Position numbers and translations under genes: made by a program. From assembly GCA_013375375.1 (NCBI GenBank), contig JABXJX010000004.1, forward strand, positions 1 through 52,617: a stretch of 52,617 bases of DNA. Direction: 5' to 3'. Shown piece by piece: positions 38,965 through 49,142 of the stretch (the stretch's first letter is position 1; every line of letters begins with the position of its first letter). The DNA is from Desulfobacterales bacterium. GTDB taxonomy: Bacteria > Desulfobacterota > Desulfobacteria > Desulfobacterales > C00003060. The notes under the pieces are model-generated. The model was given only the letters and a program-made list of their open reading frames with translations, was not told where the DNA came from and searched no databases.

Positions 38965-39615
38965 TTGAAAAAGGGTGAACGTTATGATGTCTCCGGCCTA
39001 ATCGAAGCACAATATGAGCCGGGTTCTAACAATACGGTTCTTAGGAATCTTTTTGGAATTATTGATCCACATGAGATGGATCGGGTGGAGGTAAGGTCGT
39101 TAGCTAAAACAACGGATATTTTCATTCGAGAATATGATCAGGAGCATCAGTTTAGCGCGACAGATATTTGCAGCTTTCATAAAACATGGCTAGGTGAGAT
39201 ATATGAATGGGCCGGCAGATATCGTAACGTAAACATAACCAAAGATGATTTCACATTCGCAATGGCTGCTCAGATCCCTAAGCTAATGGAGCAATTTGAA
39301 CAGAACCAGTTGGCCCGATATACGCCTTGCATATTCAAAAATCGGGAAGAAATTATTAAGGCGCTGGCAGAGGTCCATACGGAGCTGTTGTTGATTCATC
39401 CTTTTCGGGATGGCAATGGAAGAGTTGCGCGACTATTGTCCACGCTAATGGCATTACAAGCAGGACTGCCACTTTTAGATTTCAGTTTAATTGGTGAGCA
39501 CGGGAAACAGGAATATATTACAGCGGTACAGGCGGGCATGAATAGAGATTACCAGCCCATGGAAGCTTTATTTTCAGAGATCATTGAGAAGTCGCTTTCT
39601 GCTTCGGTGGGGTAA
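38965..39615 (+). CDS. fic: Fic-domain AMPylase toxin
   Basis: YEPG...VLRN, YEWAG..R.V.I.K and canonical HPFRDGNGRVAR. Confidence 0.9.
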   Translation: MKKGERYDVSGLIEAQYEPGSNNTVLRNLFGIIDPHEMDRVEVRSLAKTTDIFIREYDQEHQFSATDICSFHKTWLGEIYEWAGRYRNVNITKDDFTFAMAAQIPKLMEQFEQNQLARYTPCIFKNREEIIKALAEVHTELLLIHPFRDGNGRVARLLSTLMALQAGLPLLDFSLIGEHGKQEYITAVQAGMNRDYQPMEALFSEIIEKSLSASVG

Positions 39616-39781
39616 CAATAGGAATGCTGGTCACAACCTCAGTGACTGTATCGACGACGGGCCAAACGCTATCACCGGTTTCAATCGCTGTAGAGCTCGA
39701 AACATTAGTAATCAGAGAGTCGCGGTATTTCTCCGAGTCCTGTAGATAGCGGTTAGTTTCGATTAATGACTTTTTACGCAT
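39581..39781 (-). CDS. Putative Fic antitoxin (VbhA/FicA-like helix)
   Basis: 66 aa containing NVSSSTAIETG, similar to the (S/T)xxxE(G/N) inhibitory motif. Confidence 0.55.
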   Translation of the reverse strand: MRKKSLIETNRYLQDSEKYRDSLITNVSSSTAIETGDSVWPVVDTVTEVVTSIPIVTPPKQKATSQ

Positions 39782-40084
39782 AATACAATAAGATCCTTCT
39801 TGGGTAATAACCTCACATATAAATATATAACCTTTCCGGAAAAATATAAAGCCTTTTTATGGTTTTGGGGGTCGGACCACGCCAATTGGTTGAAATGGTT
39901 TTGAAATCGTTGTAAAAAGGGGAGGTTTCTTGGCCTTAGAGGGGCGTTTTCGATAGCAAAAAGCGCGTTCTAAGCGGAGTTGACGATGGGAGTCTTTTCC
40001 TTACAGCCGCACTTCTGACCCCAAAATGGGGGCTCTAAGGTCTGAAAACAGTTATTTTTGGCATGTTTTTGATGATAATTCAGC

Positions 40085-40726
40085 ATGATAGCATGGTCCG
40101 ACCCTAAAAGAATGACAAACCCTAATATCGCATGGTTTCGGTTTTACGAAGAATTAAATGATTTTCTTCCGGCTGATAAAAGAAAAATTGCATTCCCTTA
40201 TAAATTTTCCGGCAGTCCATCAGTAAAGGATGTTATTGAAGCAATCGGCGTGCCGCACACAGAAGTTGATCTCATCCTGATCAACGGCAATTCAGTGAAA
40301 TTTGACCATAAACTTTCTCATGGCGATCATATCTCGGTTTACCCTGTTTTTGAAAACCTGGACATATCTCATGTCACCCGGCTGAGGCCAAAACCCCTGC
40401 GCAAAACCCGTTTTATAGTGGATGTGCATCTCGGCAGGCTGGCACAACTGCTTCGTATGCTCGGTTTTGATACTCTTTACAAAAACAATTACAAAAATGA
40501 AGAGATTATTACAGAAGCGCTTACGCAAAAACGAATTATCCTGACGCGTGACCCTGGTCTTTTGAAAAACAGGTCCATAACACACGGCTATCTGATAAGG
40601 GGAACAGATCCCCATGAACAGGCTCGTGAAGTGATCTGCCGGTTTGATCTGTATTCACAGGCAAAACCGTTTATTCGATGCAACTCGAGACAAAATAAAG
40701 GGGTCAAGTCTACGTTTGACTCTTAG
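40085..40726 (+). pseudogene. Mut7-C ubiquitin/PIN RNase protein, truncated within the zinc ribbon
   Basis: FRFYEELNDFL, SVKDVIEAIGVPHTEVD, DVHLGRLA.LLRMLGFD, ILTRD; ends PFIRCN then repeat-encoded KGVKSTFDS*. Confidence 0.8.
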
Positions 40727-40770
40727 TGGTAAACTGGGGGAGTGGTAAACTGGGGGTCAAATCTTTAAAC
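40700..40770. repeat. Two GGGGTCA ends with a 16-bp tandem duplication
   Basis: agtggtaaactggggg at 40725-40740 and 40741-40756. Confidence 0.8.
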
Positions 40771-40792
40771 GTTAGAATTTGAAAGGAATCAA

Positions 40793-41968
40793 ATGATGGA
40801 ACAGATAAGGGCACTTAACGTAGCCATTGTGGGTGGTGGTCCTGGGTGTAAGGCGATCATGGATATGATATTTGCCGAAAAACTCAGCCAGCTTCAAATG
40901 AAGCTCATTGGCGTCGCGTGTACCAATCCTGAGGCTGTGGGCTACCGTTACGCCCAGGAAAAGGGAATTTTTACAACAAAAGATTACCGTGACCTGTACA
41001 AGCTAAAAGATCTTGATATGATTATCGAGCTGACGGGTCGTGAACAGATAGCCAATGAGATCTTTGAAACCATACCACACCACGTCCGAGTGATGGACCA
41101 CGTTACTGCCCGTCTGTTCTGGGATATCTTTCAGATTCAGGAAGAAAGAATTGACGAGCGCAAACGGACCGAGGGGGAGTTGAGGAGACACCGCGACCAT
41201 TTGGACGAGTTAGTCAAGGAGCGGACTGCCGAACTAATAACAGCCAACGAACAACTTCAACGGGAAATCATTGAGCGCAAGCAGCAGGAGGAGCAGGTTA
41301 AGCAGAAAACGGAATTCCTGAATTTAGTCTTGGAATCCTTACCCCATCCCTTTTGTGTTATTGATGCCTCTGATTACACAATCAGGGTAGCGAATTCTGC
41401 TGCTTATATGGGGCGTTTATCAAAAAACATAACCTGTCATGCCTTTTTACACAAGAGCACAAGATCATGTGGAACGGAAGGACATCCCTGTCCACTTGAA
41501 ATAGTAAAGCAGACCAAACAACCTGTGACGGTAGAACATCTCCACTATGATAAAGATGGAGATCTCAGAAATGTTGAAATTCATGCATACCCAATATACG
41601 ACAGCGAGGGAAATGTCTCCCAAATGATTGAATCCTCGTTGGACATCACCCAACGCAAGCGGGCGGAGGAGGAAAGAGAAAAACTTATTGAAGAACTTCA
41701 AAATGCACTTGCCAAAGTCAAAATATTGAGTGGCTTGCTGCCTATTTGCAGTTCCTGCAAAAAAATACGTGATGACAAAGGCTATTGGAATCAGATAGAG
41801 GCTTATATTAGGGACCATTCTGACGCTGAATTTAGTCACAGTATTTGCCCTGAATGTGCGAAAAAACTTTATCCCCAACTTTACGAAACGGAAAGAATGA
41901 TGGGACAGGATCAAAGAAGCGGGCTTGACCGGAGAAGCGGTAAAGAGCGAAGAACCGCTGGTTCATGA
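40793..41968 (+). CDS. Rossmann-like/coiled-coil/PAS sensory protein with C-terminal Cys-rich domain
   Basis: VAIVGGG, PAS (C......CP...DITQRK), LLPICSSCKKIRD...SHSICPEC. Confidence 0.75.
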   Translation: MMEQIRALNVAIVGGGPGCKAIMDMIFAEKLSQLQMKLIGVACTNPEAVGYRYAQEKGIFTTKDYRDLYKLKDLDMIIELTGREQIANEIFETIPHHVRVMDHVTARLFWDIFQIQEERIDERKRTEGELRRHRDHLDELVKERTAELITANEQLQREIIERKQQEEQVKQKTEFLNLVLESLPHPFCVIDASDYTIRVANSAAYMGRLSKNITCHAFLHKSTRSCGTEGHPCPLEIVKQTKQPVTVEHLHYDKDGDLRNVEIHAYPIYDSEGNVSQMIESSLDITQRKRAEEEREKLIEELQNALAKVKILSGLLPICSSCKKIRDDKGYWNQIEAYIRDHSDAEFSHSICPECAKKLYPQLYETERMMGQDQRSGLDRRSGKERRTAGS

Positions 41969-42022
41969 TTTCATTATTTTGAGCAAAGGGAGCGGGGTCA
42001 AATTTTAGCCTTTAGCTTTTTT

Positions 42023-42421
42023 TCAATCGACTTCAAAACCAAGCTCCTTAAGCTTCGTGGCTAATGCATGTGGGCTAAATGGTTTCAGAAGGTAATCATC
42101 ACACCCTAAGTGAGCACAACTCATAACAGTATCTGGATCTGAATGCGCAGTTACCATCAATATTTTTACCTGCTTGCGCCCTGGAACTTTGTTTTCTTCT
42201 TCTATCCTCCTGATTTCAGACAAGACCTTTTTTCCGTCCATTTCAGGCATAGTGATGTCAAGGGTTATCAGGTCAAATGGCCTCCAGTTTTCCCAGGCAT
42301 TTTTAAAGGCGGTTATTGCTGCACTCCCGCGTTCAACTACCTCACACTTCCCAAACTTGCCCAACATCTTTTTCATCTTATTTCTGCTAACAAGTTCATC
42401 ATCAACAACAAGAATTCTCAT
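42023..42421 (-). CDS. Single-domain response regulator (CheY-like)
   Basis: ILVVDD, LDITMPEMDG, MVTA, YLLKP. Confidence 0.9.
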   Translation of the reverse strand: MRILVVDDELVSRNKMKKMLGKFGKCEVVERGSAAITAFKNAWENWRPFDLITLDITMPEMDGKKVLSEIRRIEEENKVPGRKQVKILMVTAHSDPDTVMSCAHLGCDDYLLKPFSPHALATKLKELGFEVD

Positions 42422-42444
42422 CTTACTGCCCCGCTTTTTTCGGT

Positions 42445-45066
42445 CTACCTTCTACCCTTAGCATAAACCTCTAAGCGATGAAACTCTTTTTCAAGTCTTT
42501 CGAGGATCTCAATGCCTTCTTCTAAGACACCTGATTTTCCGATATTTTCAAGTTCATAAGCAATCCCGGAAAGCTCATTAGCAGTCAGGTTTGCCGCACC
42601 GCCTTTAATGGAATGTGCCTCTGTGTTGACTAGCTCGGCATCCCCATCGGATATGGCCTGGCGGATGGTTCCTATCTGAGCCTTGCCATTCTTTAGAAAA
42701 CCCTCCAGGATCTCCATCAAAAATTCCTTGTCCCCCTCGAATTCCTCTAAAGCCTCTTCGAAATTCATTGGGGCATCCTCTTCTATGATTTCACCCTTTG
42801 GTTGGTCCTGCCCGGACTCTTGCCTTGATCCCGATTTTGACCTCACCCACTTGTCCACCATGGCCAAGAGGTCTTCCCTCCTCAAGGGCTTGGAGATATA
42901 GTCATCCATTCCCGCCTCCACGCACCTTTCTCTATGGCTTTTCGTGGCGTGTGCCGTCATAGCGACAATCGGAACCCTTTGCGATCTGGCTGAAAGCTCT
43001 ACGTCCTGCGCTTTTTTTAGCTTTGCCTCCAAATTCCGGATTGTCGTTGTCGCCTCATATCCGTCCATCACGGGCATCTGTATGTCCATCAGGATGAGAT
43101 CGTAATGTTTCCGTTTATACGCGTCCACTGCGTGCTGGCCGTCCTCCGCCAAATCGACTCGATACCCTGCTCCATTTAGATGTCTTACGGCCACCTGCTG
43201 ATTGGTCGGGTAGTCCTCGGCTAAAAGGATATGGACCTCTTTCTTATGCTCCGCGGTTATGGTATGTTTGCAAACCAGTTTCGGGACAGCTTGCGCCTCC
43301 TCTTCCGTGGAAATACCCAAAACCGATACAATCGCATTACGAAAATCATCCCATTTAATCGGCTTGGTCAAATACCACTCAATTCCCATATCGCTGCATC
43401 TTTTGCCGTCTCTCTTCCTTCCAACGGGGATGAGAGCTATTATCGGCACTCCTTTCAAAGTCTCGTTTGCCCTGATTTCTCTGACCAGATCAAAACCGCT
43501 CATCTGAGGCATATCAATATCCGTCAAAATCAAGTTGAAGGGGACTTTTGATGAAACAGACTCCCTGAGAATGGATAGGGCCTCTCTCCCGCCAGGCGCC
43601 TCCACAGGTAGGCAGTTCCAGGACCTGAGATACTCCATCAGGATAAATCGGCTGGTCCGGTTGTCATCCACCACCAGGACCCTAAAATCACTCAGATCAA
43701 GCTCTTCTCTTGCCAGAATAGCTTCCTGACCTGTTTCTTTGGTAAAGACTGCGGTAAACCAGAAAGTGCTTCCCTTCCCTTCCTCGCTCTCTACACCAAT
43801 GTCGCCTCCCATCAGTTCTGCCAACTGTTTGGATATGGTGGTCCCCAACCCGGTCCCTCCGTATCTCCTGGTAGTTGAGCTATCTGCCTGGGTGAAGCTT
43901 TCGAAGATTGCTGTCAGTTTGTCTTTTGGTATCCCGATGCCTGTATCCTTCACCGAAAAACGGATCTTAACCCTGTCTCCCAGGTCTTCAGCTATCTCTG
44001 CCTTGATGTATATCTCGCCCTTGTGTGTAAACTTCAGGGCGTTTTCCGCCAGATTTTTCATTATCTGTCCCAGGCGGCCCGGGTCGCCAGTTAGCCTGCA
44101 TGGAATGTCGGGAGATAGAAAGCAGACAAGATTAAGCCCTCTTTGTTCTGCCCTGATTGCAATAGCGTCAGCCAAATCCTCAAACGTGATTTTCAGGTCA
44201 AATGGAATCTTCTCAAGCTCTAACTTCCCAGCCTCTATCTTGGAAACATCAAGAATGTCATTGATAATACTCCGCAAGAAGTCGGCCTCTGTGTTAATTG
44301 TATGAAGGATGCCCCTCTGATTATGATCAATGTCAGCCTCCATAGCCAATTCTGTCATGCCGATGATCCCGTGTATAGGTGTCCTTATCTCATGACTCAT
44401 ATTGGCCAGAAACTCGGTCTTGGCCCGACTGGCTGCTTCGGCGACTTCTTTGGCGCGTTTTAGCTGTTGAGTCCTTTCTTTTACCTGTTGTTCAAGTTCA
44501 AGATTATATGCCCTGATTCTTTGATAGAGTATGGCATTTTCAGCTGTCAGAGAAGTGTTCAACAGGGCTATGGATAGTAGATCCAAGGCCTCGTGATTGA
44601 TCTGCTCCCGGCTCATGGAAAGTTGCCCCAGGAACATTCCCAGGACACGGTTTTCGGTGGCAAGAGAATGAAGGAGAATATCTCCCTCATTTTCTATTCC
44701 CAGTGTATTAACTATTACAGGTGCAGTCTGGCGCAAGGCCCAGGAAAATGTCCCATTCTTTATCTGGAGCTCCGCCTCTTTTTCCGCTTCAACGCGCAAG
44801 TGCTGCGGGTAGACGTATTCACAGGCCAGTTCAATCAAGTCGTCTTTAAAGAGGAAAAAGCCGGCCAGCTTGAACTCAATCAGTTGTGAGATATGTTCGA
44901 GGTTTTCTATTAAGACAGTCCTGACGTCATGTTCTATGTTAATCTTTTTCTGGAAGAAAACTATCGAACGAACAGTTTTAAGGGAAGAATTGACTTTTCG
45001 GTTCGCTTCTTCTAGGTATGCGATCCTATTTTGAAGGTTTTCTATACTAATCTTGTCCATATCCAT
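42445..45066 (-). CDS. Hybrid histidine kinase with two receiver domains and Hpt
   Basis: [29 protein letters not shown], two REC domains, AHSIKG. Confidence 0.92.
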   Translation of the reverse strand: MDMDKISIENLQNRIAYLEEANRKVNSSLKTVRSIVFFQKKINIEHDVRTVLIENLEHISQLIEFKLAGFFLFKDDLIELACEYVYPQHLRVEAEKEAELQIKNGTFSWALRQTAPVIVNTLGIENEGDILLHSLATENRVLGMFLGQLSMSREQINHEALDLLSIALLNTSLTAENAILYQRIRAYNLELEQQVKERTQQLKRAKEVAEAASRAKTEFLANMSHEIRTPIHGIIGMTELAMEADIDHNQRGILHTINTEADFLRSIINDILDVSKIEAGKLELEKIPFDLKITFEDLADAIAIRAEQRGLNLVCFLSPDIPCRLTGDPGRLGQIMKNLAENALKFTHKGEIYIKAEIAEDLGDRVKIRFSVKDTGIGIPKDKLTAIFESFTQADSSTTRRYGGTGLGTTISKQLAELMGGDIGVESEEGKGSTFWFTAVFTKETGQEAILAREELDLSDFRVLVVDDNRTSRFILMEYLRSWNCLPVEAPGGREALSILRESVSSKVPFNLILTDIDMPQMSGFDLVREIRANETLKGVPIIALIPVGRKRDGKRCSDMGIEWYLTKPIKWDDFRNAIVSVLGISTEEEAQAVPKLVCKHTITAEHKKEVHILLAEDYPTNQQVAVRHLNGAGYRVDLAEDGQHAVDAYKRKHYDLILMDIQMPVMDGYEATTTIRNLEAKLKKAQDVELSARSQRVPIVAMTAHATKSHRERCVEAGMDDYISKPLRREDLLAMVDKWVRSKSGSRQESGQDQPKGEIIEEDAPMNFEEALEEFEGDKEFLMEILEGFLKNGKAQIGTIRQAISDGDAELVNTEAHSIKGGAANLTANELSGIAYELENIGKSGVLEEGIEILERLEKEFHRLEVYAKGRR

Positions 45067-45106
45067 GCTTACCTACAAATTCTTTATTTGAAAGTTTTCA
45101 ATACCG

Positions 45107-45976
45107 TTACTTTTTAACCAGCATGAAGTCGGCTATGTTTTCAAACTGCTCATGCATTTTTTCCATAGCAAGCTCCAGCACGCTCATCTTCAAGCCGAGA
45201 CGTTCCCGCACGTATGGATTCAAGGGTGGAATGAACTGCTCCCCGCTGGAGCCGAGGCCGCTTGCATGTGTGATGATATCGGCGACATGAACCACATCCG
45301 CAAGGCTGGAAAACTGGCCCTGACTTTCCGTGTCGTGGTGGAACCCCACGGCATTCACAAGCGAGGATGGAAGATGCCAGTGAAGCATGAGCTGTTTCCC
45401 CACCTCTGCGTGCGTAAACCCGAATACGGCTATTTCCGCTTCGGTCACCAAGCAATTTTGCTCTTTCACCATCGTGAAGACATCATTATATTGTTCAGGG
45501 CAACTTTCCAGGAGTACCATGCGACCGATATCGTGCATCAGTCCAGCCACGAAGAACCTCTCCGGGACCTCCTCCCTTTTATAGATGGCCAGTACCCGGC
45601 CCGCTATTCCGCACACCACACAGTGCTTCCAGAAATCCTGCACACTCAAGGAGGCGTTATTGCCCAGCCCTTTGAACATGTTTAACAGGGACGTACCGAC
45701 CGCAAGCTCCCTCAGCTGCCTGAAACCTATGATGGTTACAGCCCGGGACACCGTCTCGATCTTGCCTGGAAAGCCGTAAAAGGCAGAATTGACCAGCCCG
45801 AGCAGCTTGGCAGTGAGGACCTGGTCCGCTGATATCACCCTACCGAGATCGGCAGCACAGCTCCAGGGGTCGTTTAAGATCTCCGTTACTTTGGTAACCA
45901 CGGTCGGAATACTCGGGATGCTCTTCAGCCCGCGTATTACTCTATCTATCGCGATCTCATCCGGTTTCTTTTTCAT
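45107..45976 (-). CDS. HDOD domain protein
   Basis: DQVLTAKLL.LVNSAFYG, FWKH, GLMHDIG, HAEVG...W.LP......HH. Confidence 0.9.
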   Translation of the reverse strand: MKKKPDEIAIDRVIRGLKSIPSIPTVVTKVTEILNDPWSCAADLGRVISADQVLTAKLLGLVNSAFYGFPGKIETVSRAVTIIGFRQLRELAVGTSLLNMFKGLGNNASLSVQDFWKHCVVCGIAGRVLAIYKREEVPERFFVAGLMHDIGRMVLLESCPEQYNDVFTMVKEQNCLVTEAEIAVFGFTHAEVGKQLMLHWHLPSSLVNAVGFHHDTESQGQFSSLADVVHVADIITHASGLGSSGEQFIPPLNPYVRERLGLKMSVLELAMEKMHEQFENIADFMLVKK

Positions 45977-45977
45977 T

Positions 45978-46307
45978 TCACAAGCTGTGTATTTTCCTTT
46001 TCTTTACCAGTCTGTATATCTCGGCTATGAGAGGGTCTTCCATGTTGGTCTTTTGGAAGAGATTTGCCAGTTCGCGTTCTATGAGCACGTTTGTTTCCTC
46101 GGCTATTAAATCTGGTCCTTTCTCTTCCAGGCTGGTCGGGCTGATACCTACAATCTTCGCCTCTGTTACCCCCCAGGCCTTTAAGGCCATGAGATGCTTT
46201 TCAGTTAACGTGATGCCGGCATCGATCAGCATAGTTCCCTGGAAGTTGACGACACCCTCCTCCAGTACCATGCCTGCTTGAATATCGTTGATGTTCAAAA
46301 TCCCCAT
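45978..46307 (-). CDS. Hypothetical protein (HD-GYP N-terminal-like) upstream of HDOD
   Basis: I.AGMVL...V....G.MLI.AG..LT......LKAWG. Confidence 0.6.
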   Translation of the reverse strand: MGILNINDIQAGMVLEEGVVNFQGTMLIDAGITLTEKHLMALKAWGVTEAKIVGISPTSLEEKGPDLIAEETNVLIERELANLFQKTNMEDPLIAEIYRLVKKRKIHSL

Positions 46308-46848
46308 CGGATATATCGCCCCCTGCCGACCCCTAAACAATTTCAAATTTCTCGGATAACCAACTCTTGTAATCCGTTTAACGACAAAACCTTTTGCCAA
46401 AACAGTATAAATAATGATAAAATGTAGCACGTTTCATGCCAGCTCGTTTCTGAGGCAGAATTCCAAAAAATAATGGTCTGTTATGGGATATCGTGAGAAT
46501 TGTAGGTGGGTTATGAAACAGAGGTTTTTTAAAGCGATTACCCTGGGTGTCAGAAATCTGACGGTAATTTTCAAACGGCCCAGGGTTTTTGGGGAGCAGG
46601 GAAAAAAATGGGGACATCCTTTAGTTTTCCAGTTTCCAAGCAATCCTCTTAGAGCAGGTTCATGATGGCAAGAAGAAGGGTTTCGAAAGAGCAAAGTGCC
46701 AGAGGGTGTTCTTATGAGTTGTGTAGTACGTAATGTTGCAAAGCTATGTTTGGCAGGATGTATGGGGTTTTTCATAGGCTTCGGTAGTTTCGGATATGCA
46801 TCAGAAAAGGGTTCCCATTATACAGACGCAAAAAAAGGAGAGGTAACA

Positions 46849-47322
46849 ATGACCCTGACAATCACATCCCCGGTATTCTCACACAACGGAAAGATTCCCA
46901 TGCGTTATACCTGTGACGGTGAGGATGTTTCACCTGCCCTGGAGTGGTCTGGCCTACCCGAAGGAACTAAGAGTGTTGTTCTGATTGTAGACGATCCCGA
47001 TGCTCCTGACCCTGCCGCACCTAAAATGACGTGGGTGCACTGGGTACTTTATAATATCTCTCCCGGTGCCCCTGGGTTGTCGGAAGGTGTGAGATCGAAG
47101 GATCTTCCCGAGGGAACTAAAGAAGGGCTCAACGACTGGAAACGGACTGGATACGGCGGACCCTGTCCGCCAATCGGCCGTCATCGTTACTTTCACAAGC
47201 TCTATGCCCTGGATGTTGTTCTTCCAGATCTGGGTAAGCCGACCAAAGGAGAGCTTGAAAAGGCAATGGAGGGACATATTCTCTTGAAAGCAGAATTAGT
47301 CGGAACTTACCAGCGCTCTTGA
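46849..47322 (+). CDS. YbhB/YbcL (PEBP, Raf kinase inhibitor-like) protein
   Basis: YTCDG.DVSP.L.W, DPDAP, WVHWV, YGGPCPP.G.HRY; may start earlier with a signal peptide. Confidence 0.9.
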   Translation: MTLTITSPVFSHNGKIPMRYTCDGEDVSPALEWSGLPEGTKSVVLIVDDPDAPDPAAPKMTWVHWVLYNISPGAPGLSEGVRSKDLPEGTKEGLNDWKRTGYGGPCPPIGRHRYFHKLYALDVVLPDLGKPTKGELEKAMEGHILLKAELVGTYQRS

Positions 47323-47408
47323 TAAGCCCATGGATGTCACGGAGTTTCCGCCCGAACGACCCGGCCGGGATAGATAGATAATAAAGAAAGGAATTTCAGG
47401 AGGTAATT

Positions 47409-48338
47409 ATGGAAAAGGATTTTCATTTCTATGTAACCTATGCCTTGGCGAACAAGGCGGGGTTCAGCAACGACGATTCATATATTATTGCCTATTCCTC
47501 TCAGTACGTAGACGACAATAACGAAAGTCAATATCCCAGGAAAGACGGTCCACCTCAATTTCCATTCGGCATAAAGGTTGACGGCGGATTCTTCCGCCCC
47601 ATTATGACGCAGTCCATGTCCGTGAAATCTCTGGTGTATGAGATTCAAAAGTTTGTTTATGTCCCATTTCATTTCCTGCCTGGCGACAATAATCAGCCAA
47701 TTAACGGAGGCTATAACAAGTACGCCACAACCCCTGACTCCCAAAACGCCCGGAAACTTCTGAAAACTGCATTCGCCACCCGCGATCTTTACAGGATTGG
47801 AATTGCCGTCCACACATTCGCCGACACATGGTCGCATCAGAATTTTACAGGGTATGAGGAAGACTGGAACTCGGTTTTCCACTGGCGCAATCCGTTTCGA
47901 GCTTTAACTCCGAATATCGGCCACGCTGATGTTGGTCACTTGCCGGATGAAATATCCGCGACCTGGAATGATTACCGCCTCGACAAGCCGCATCGGAAGA
48001 GAAACAATCATAAAACAGCGCTTCAGGCCTGCAAGCGCATTTTTCAGGAATTGAGAACCGCACGAAAAGGCGATACTTACTGGACGTATGTAGAAAAGGA
48101 CTTCAGGAGAATAATCAATTCTGAAGATTACGACGACAGAGTCAATAAGGTTAAAGAAGTTCTGGACAAACCGGACCTCAGCTACAAAAGAGATCTGTGG
48201 GTTGATGAGGCCGTCAAAGACCGAGAAGGAGAAGCTTTAGAGGCCTCTGCAAACTTTGAAAACACCCACTGGCATAAATTTCAGTTAGCTGCCAGAGCCC
48301 ACCTGGCGATGGTTATGGATATGTTAAAGGGCTATTGA
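47409..48338 (+). CDS. DUF6765-like putative zinc-dependent hydrolase
   Basis: MEKDFH.Y.TY.LA, SQYVDD, PFHFLPG, GIAVHTFADTWSHQNF, IGHA. Confidence 0.65.
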   Translation: MEKDFHFYVTYALANKAGFSNDDSYIIAYSSQYVDDNNESQYPRKDGPPQFPFGIKVDGGFFRPIMTQSMSVKSLVYEIQKFVYVPFHFLPGDNNQPINGGYNKYATTPDSQNARKLLKTAFATRDLYRIGIAVHTFADTWSHQNFTGYEEDWNSVFHWRNPFRALTPNIGHADVGHLPDEISATWNDYRLDKPHRKRNNHKTALQACKRIFQELRTARKGDTYWTYVEKDFRRIINSEDYDDRVNKVKEVLDKPDLSYKRDLWVDEAVKDREGEALEASANFENTHWHKFQLAARAHLAMVMDMLKGY

Positions 48339-48348
48339 ATGAAACAAG

Positions 48349-48408
48349 GGTGTCAGACCTGCACATTTAACAAAAATCAGTTTCTGTCAAAAGTGTAGGT
48401 TTGACACC
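48349..48408. repeat. REP-like hairpin, rightmost junction
   Basis: GGTGTCAGACCTGCAC ... GTGTAGGTTTGACACC; loop matches the 38771 copy. Confidence 0.8.
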
Positions 48409-48672
48409 ATGCCCTTCGATGATCCTCTCCCATTCCCCCGAGGTGAGAGGTAACAAGAAACCGCTTTCTCTCCTGGGCTTTATTGTGTAGGGGGAAGGAA
48501 AGACGAGAGGAAGCGATTGGTGTTGTTTTTGGTATAAACCTTTGATATTCGTGAGGTGAAACTATAACAGGCCAAGGGACGTTGGCAGGTAAAAAGTAGA
48601 AAACAGAGAACCTGTTTGCGTAATGGTAATATCCCGATGTCTTAATTTATCATATTGTAAAGAGGAGGAGAG

Positions 48673-48987
48673 ATGAGTGACATGAGACTTATTACCTGCA
48701 TAGTGCAGAAGGGTAGGGGTGATAAAGTTATTAGTGAGGCAATCAAGGTCGGTGCCCAGGGTGCCACATACTTTACCGGCAAAGGAACCGGGATACGCCA
48801 GTCCCTCGGGATTAAAATAATCCCGGAAAAGGATATTGTTTTCATTGTTACCAAGGGCGAGCAGACCGAAATTGTTTTTGAATCGATGAAAAAAAGCGGC
48901 AACCTGCTTAAATCGGGGCAGGGGTTCGTCTATGTAACCAAGATTGAAAATGCCTTTGGTTTTTTAGAGGATTACCAAAAAAGTTAG
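48673..48987 (+). CDS. P-II family signal transduction protein (non-canonical)
   Basis: LITCIV.......V......GA.GAT...G.GTG......PEK.IV.IV...G.GFVYV; gaggag RBS. Confidence 0.8.
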   Translation: MSDMRLITCIVQKGRGDKVISEAIKVGAQGATYFTGKGTGIRQSLGIKIIPEKDIVFIVTKGEQTEIVFESMKKSGNLLKSGQGFVYVTKIENAFGFLEDYQKS

Positions 48988-49031
48988 GGGGAGAGAAGGG
49001 GACGTGGAGATGAAGAAAGGAGGTGACTGGA

Positions 49032-49142
49032 ATGACTCGTGCTTGGTATGAAAATCCTAAAATTATCCTGCTCATAGTTCTTATAGTTCTTTCTCCGGGC
49101 ATTGCTAAGATTGTCACATCTATTGTTAAGGCTATTTTCTAA
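49032..49142 (+). CDS. 36-aa single-TM small protein (below ORF-track cutoff)
   Basis: Perfect AAAGGAGGTGA RBS; MTRAWYENPKIILLIVLIVLSPGIAKIVTSIVKAIF*. Confidence 0.55.
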   Translation: MTRAWYENPKIILLIVLIVLSPGIAKIVTSIVKAIF

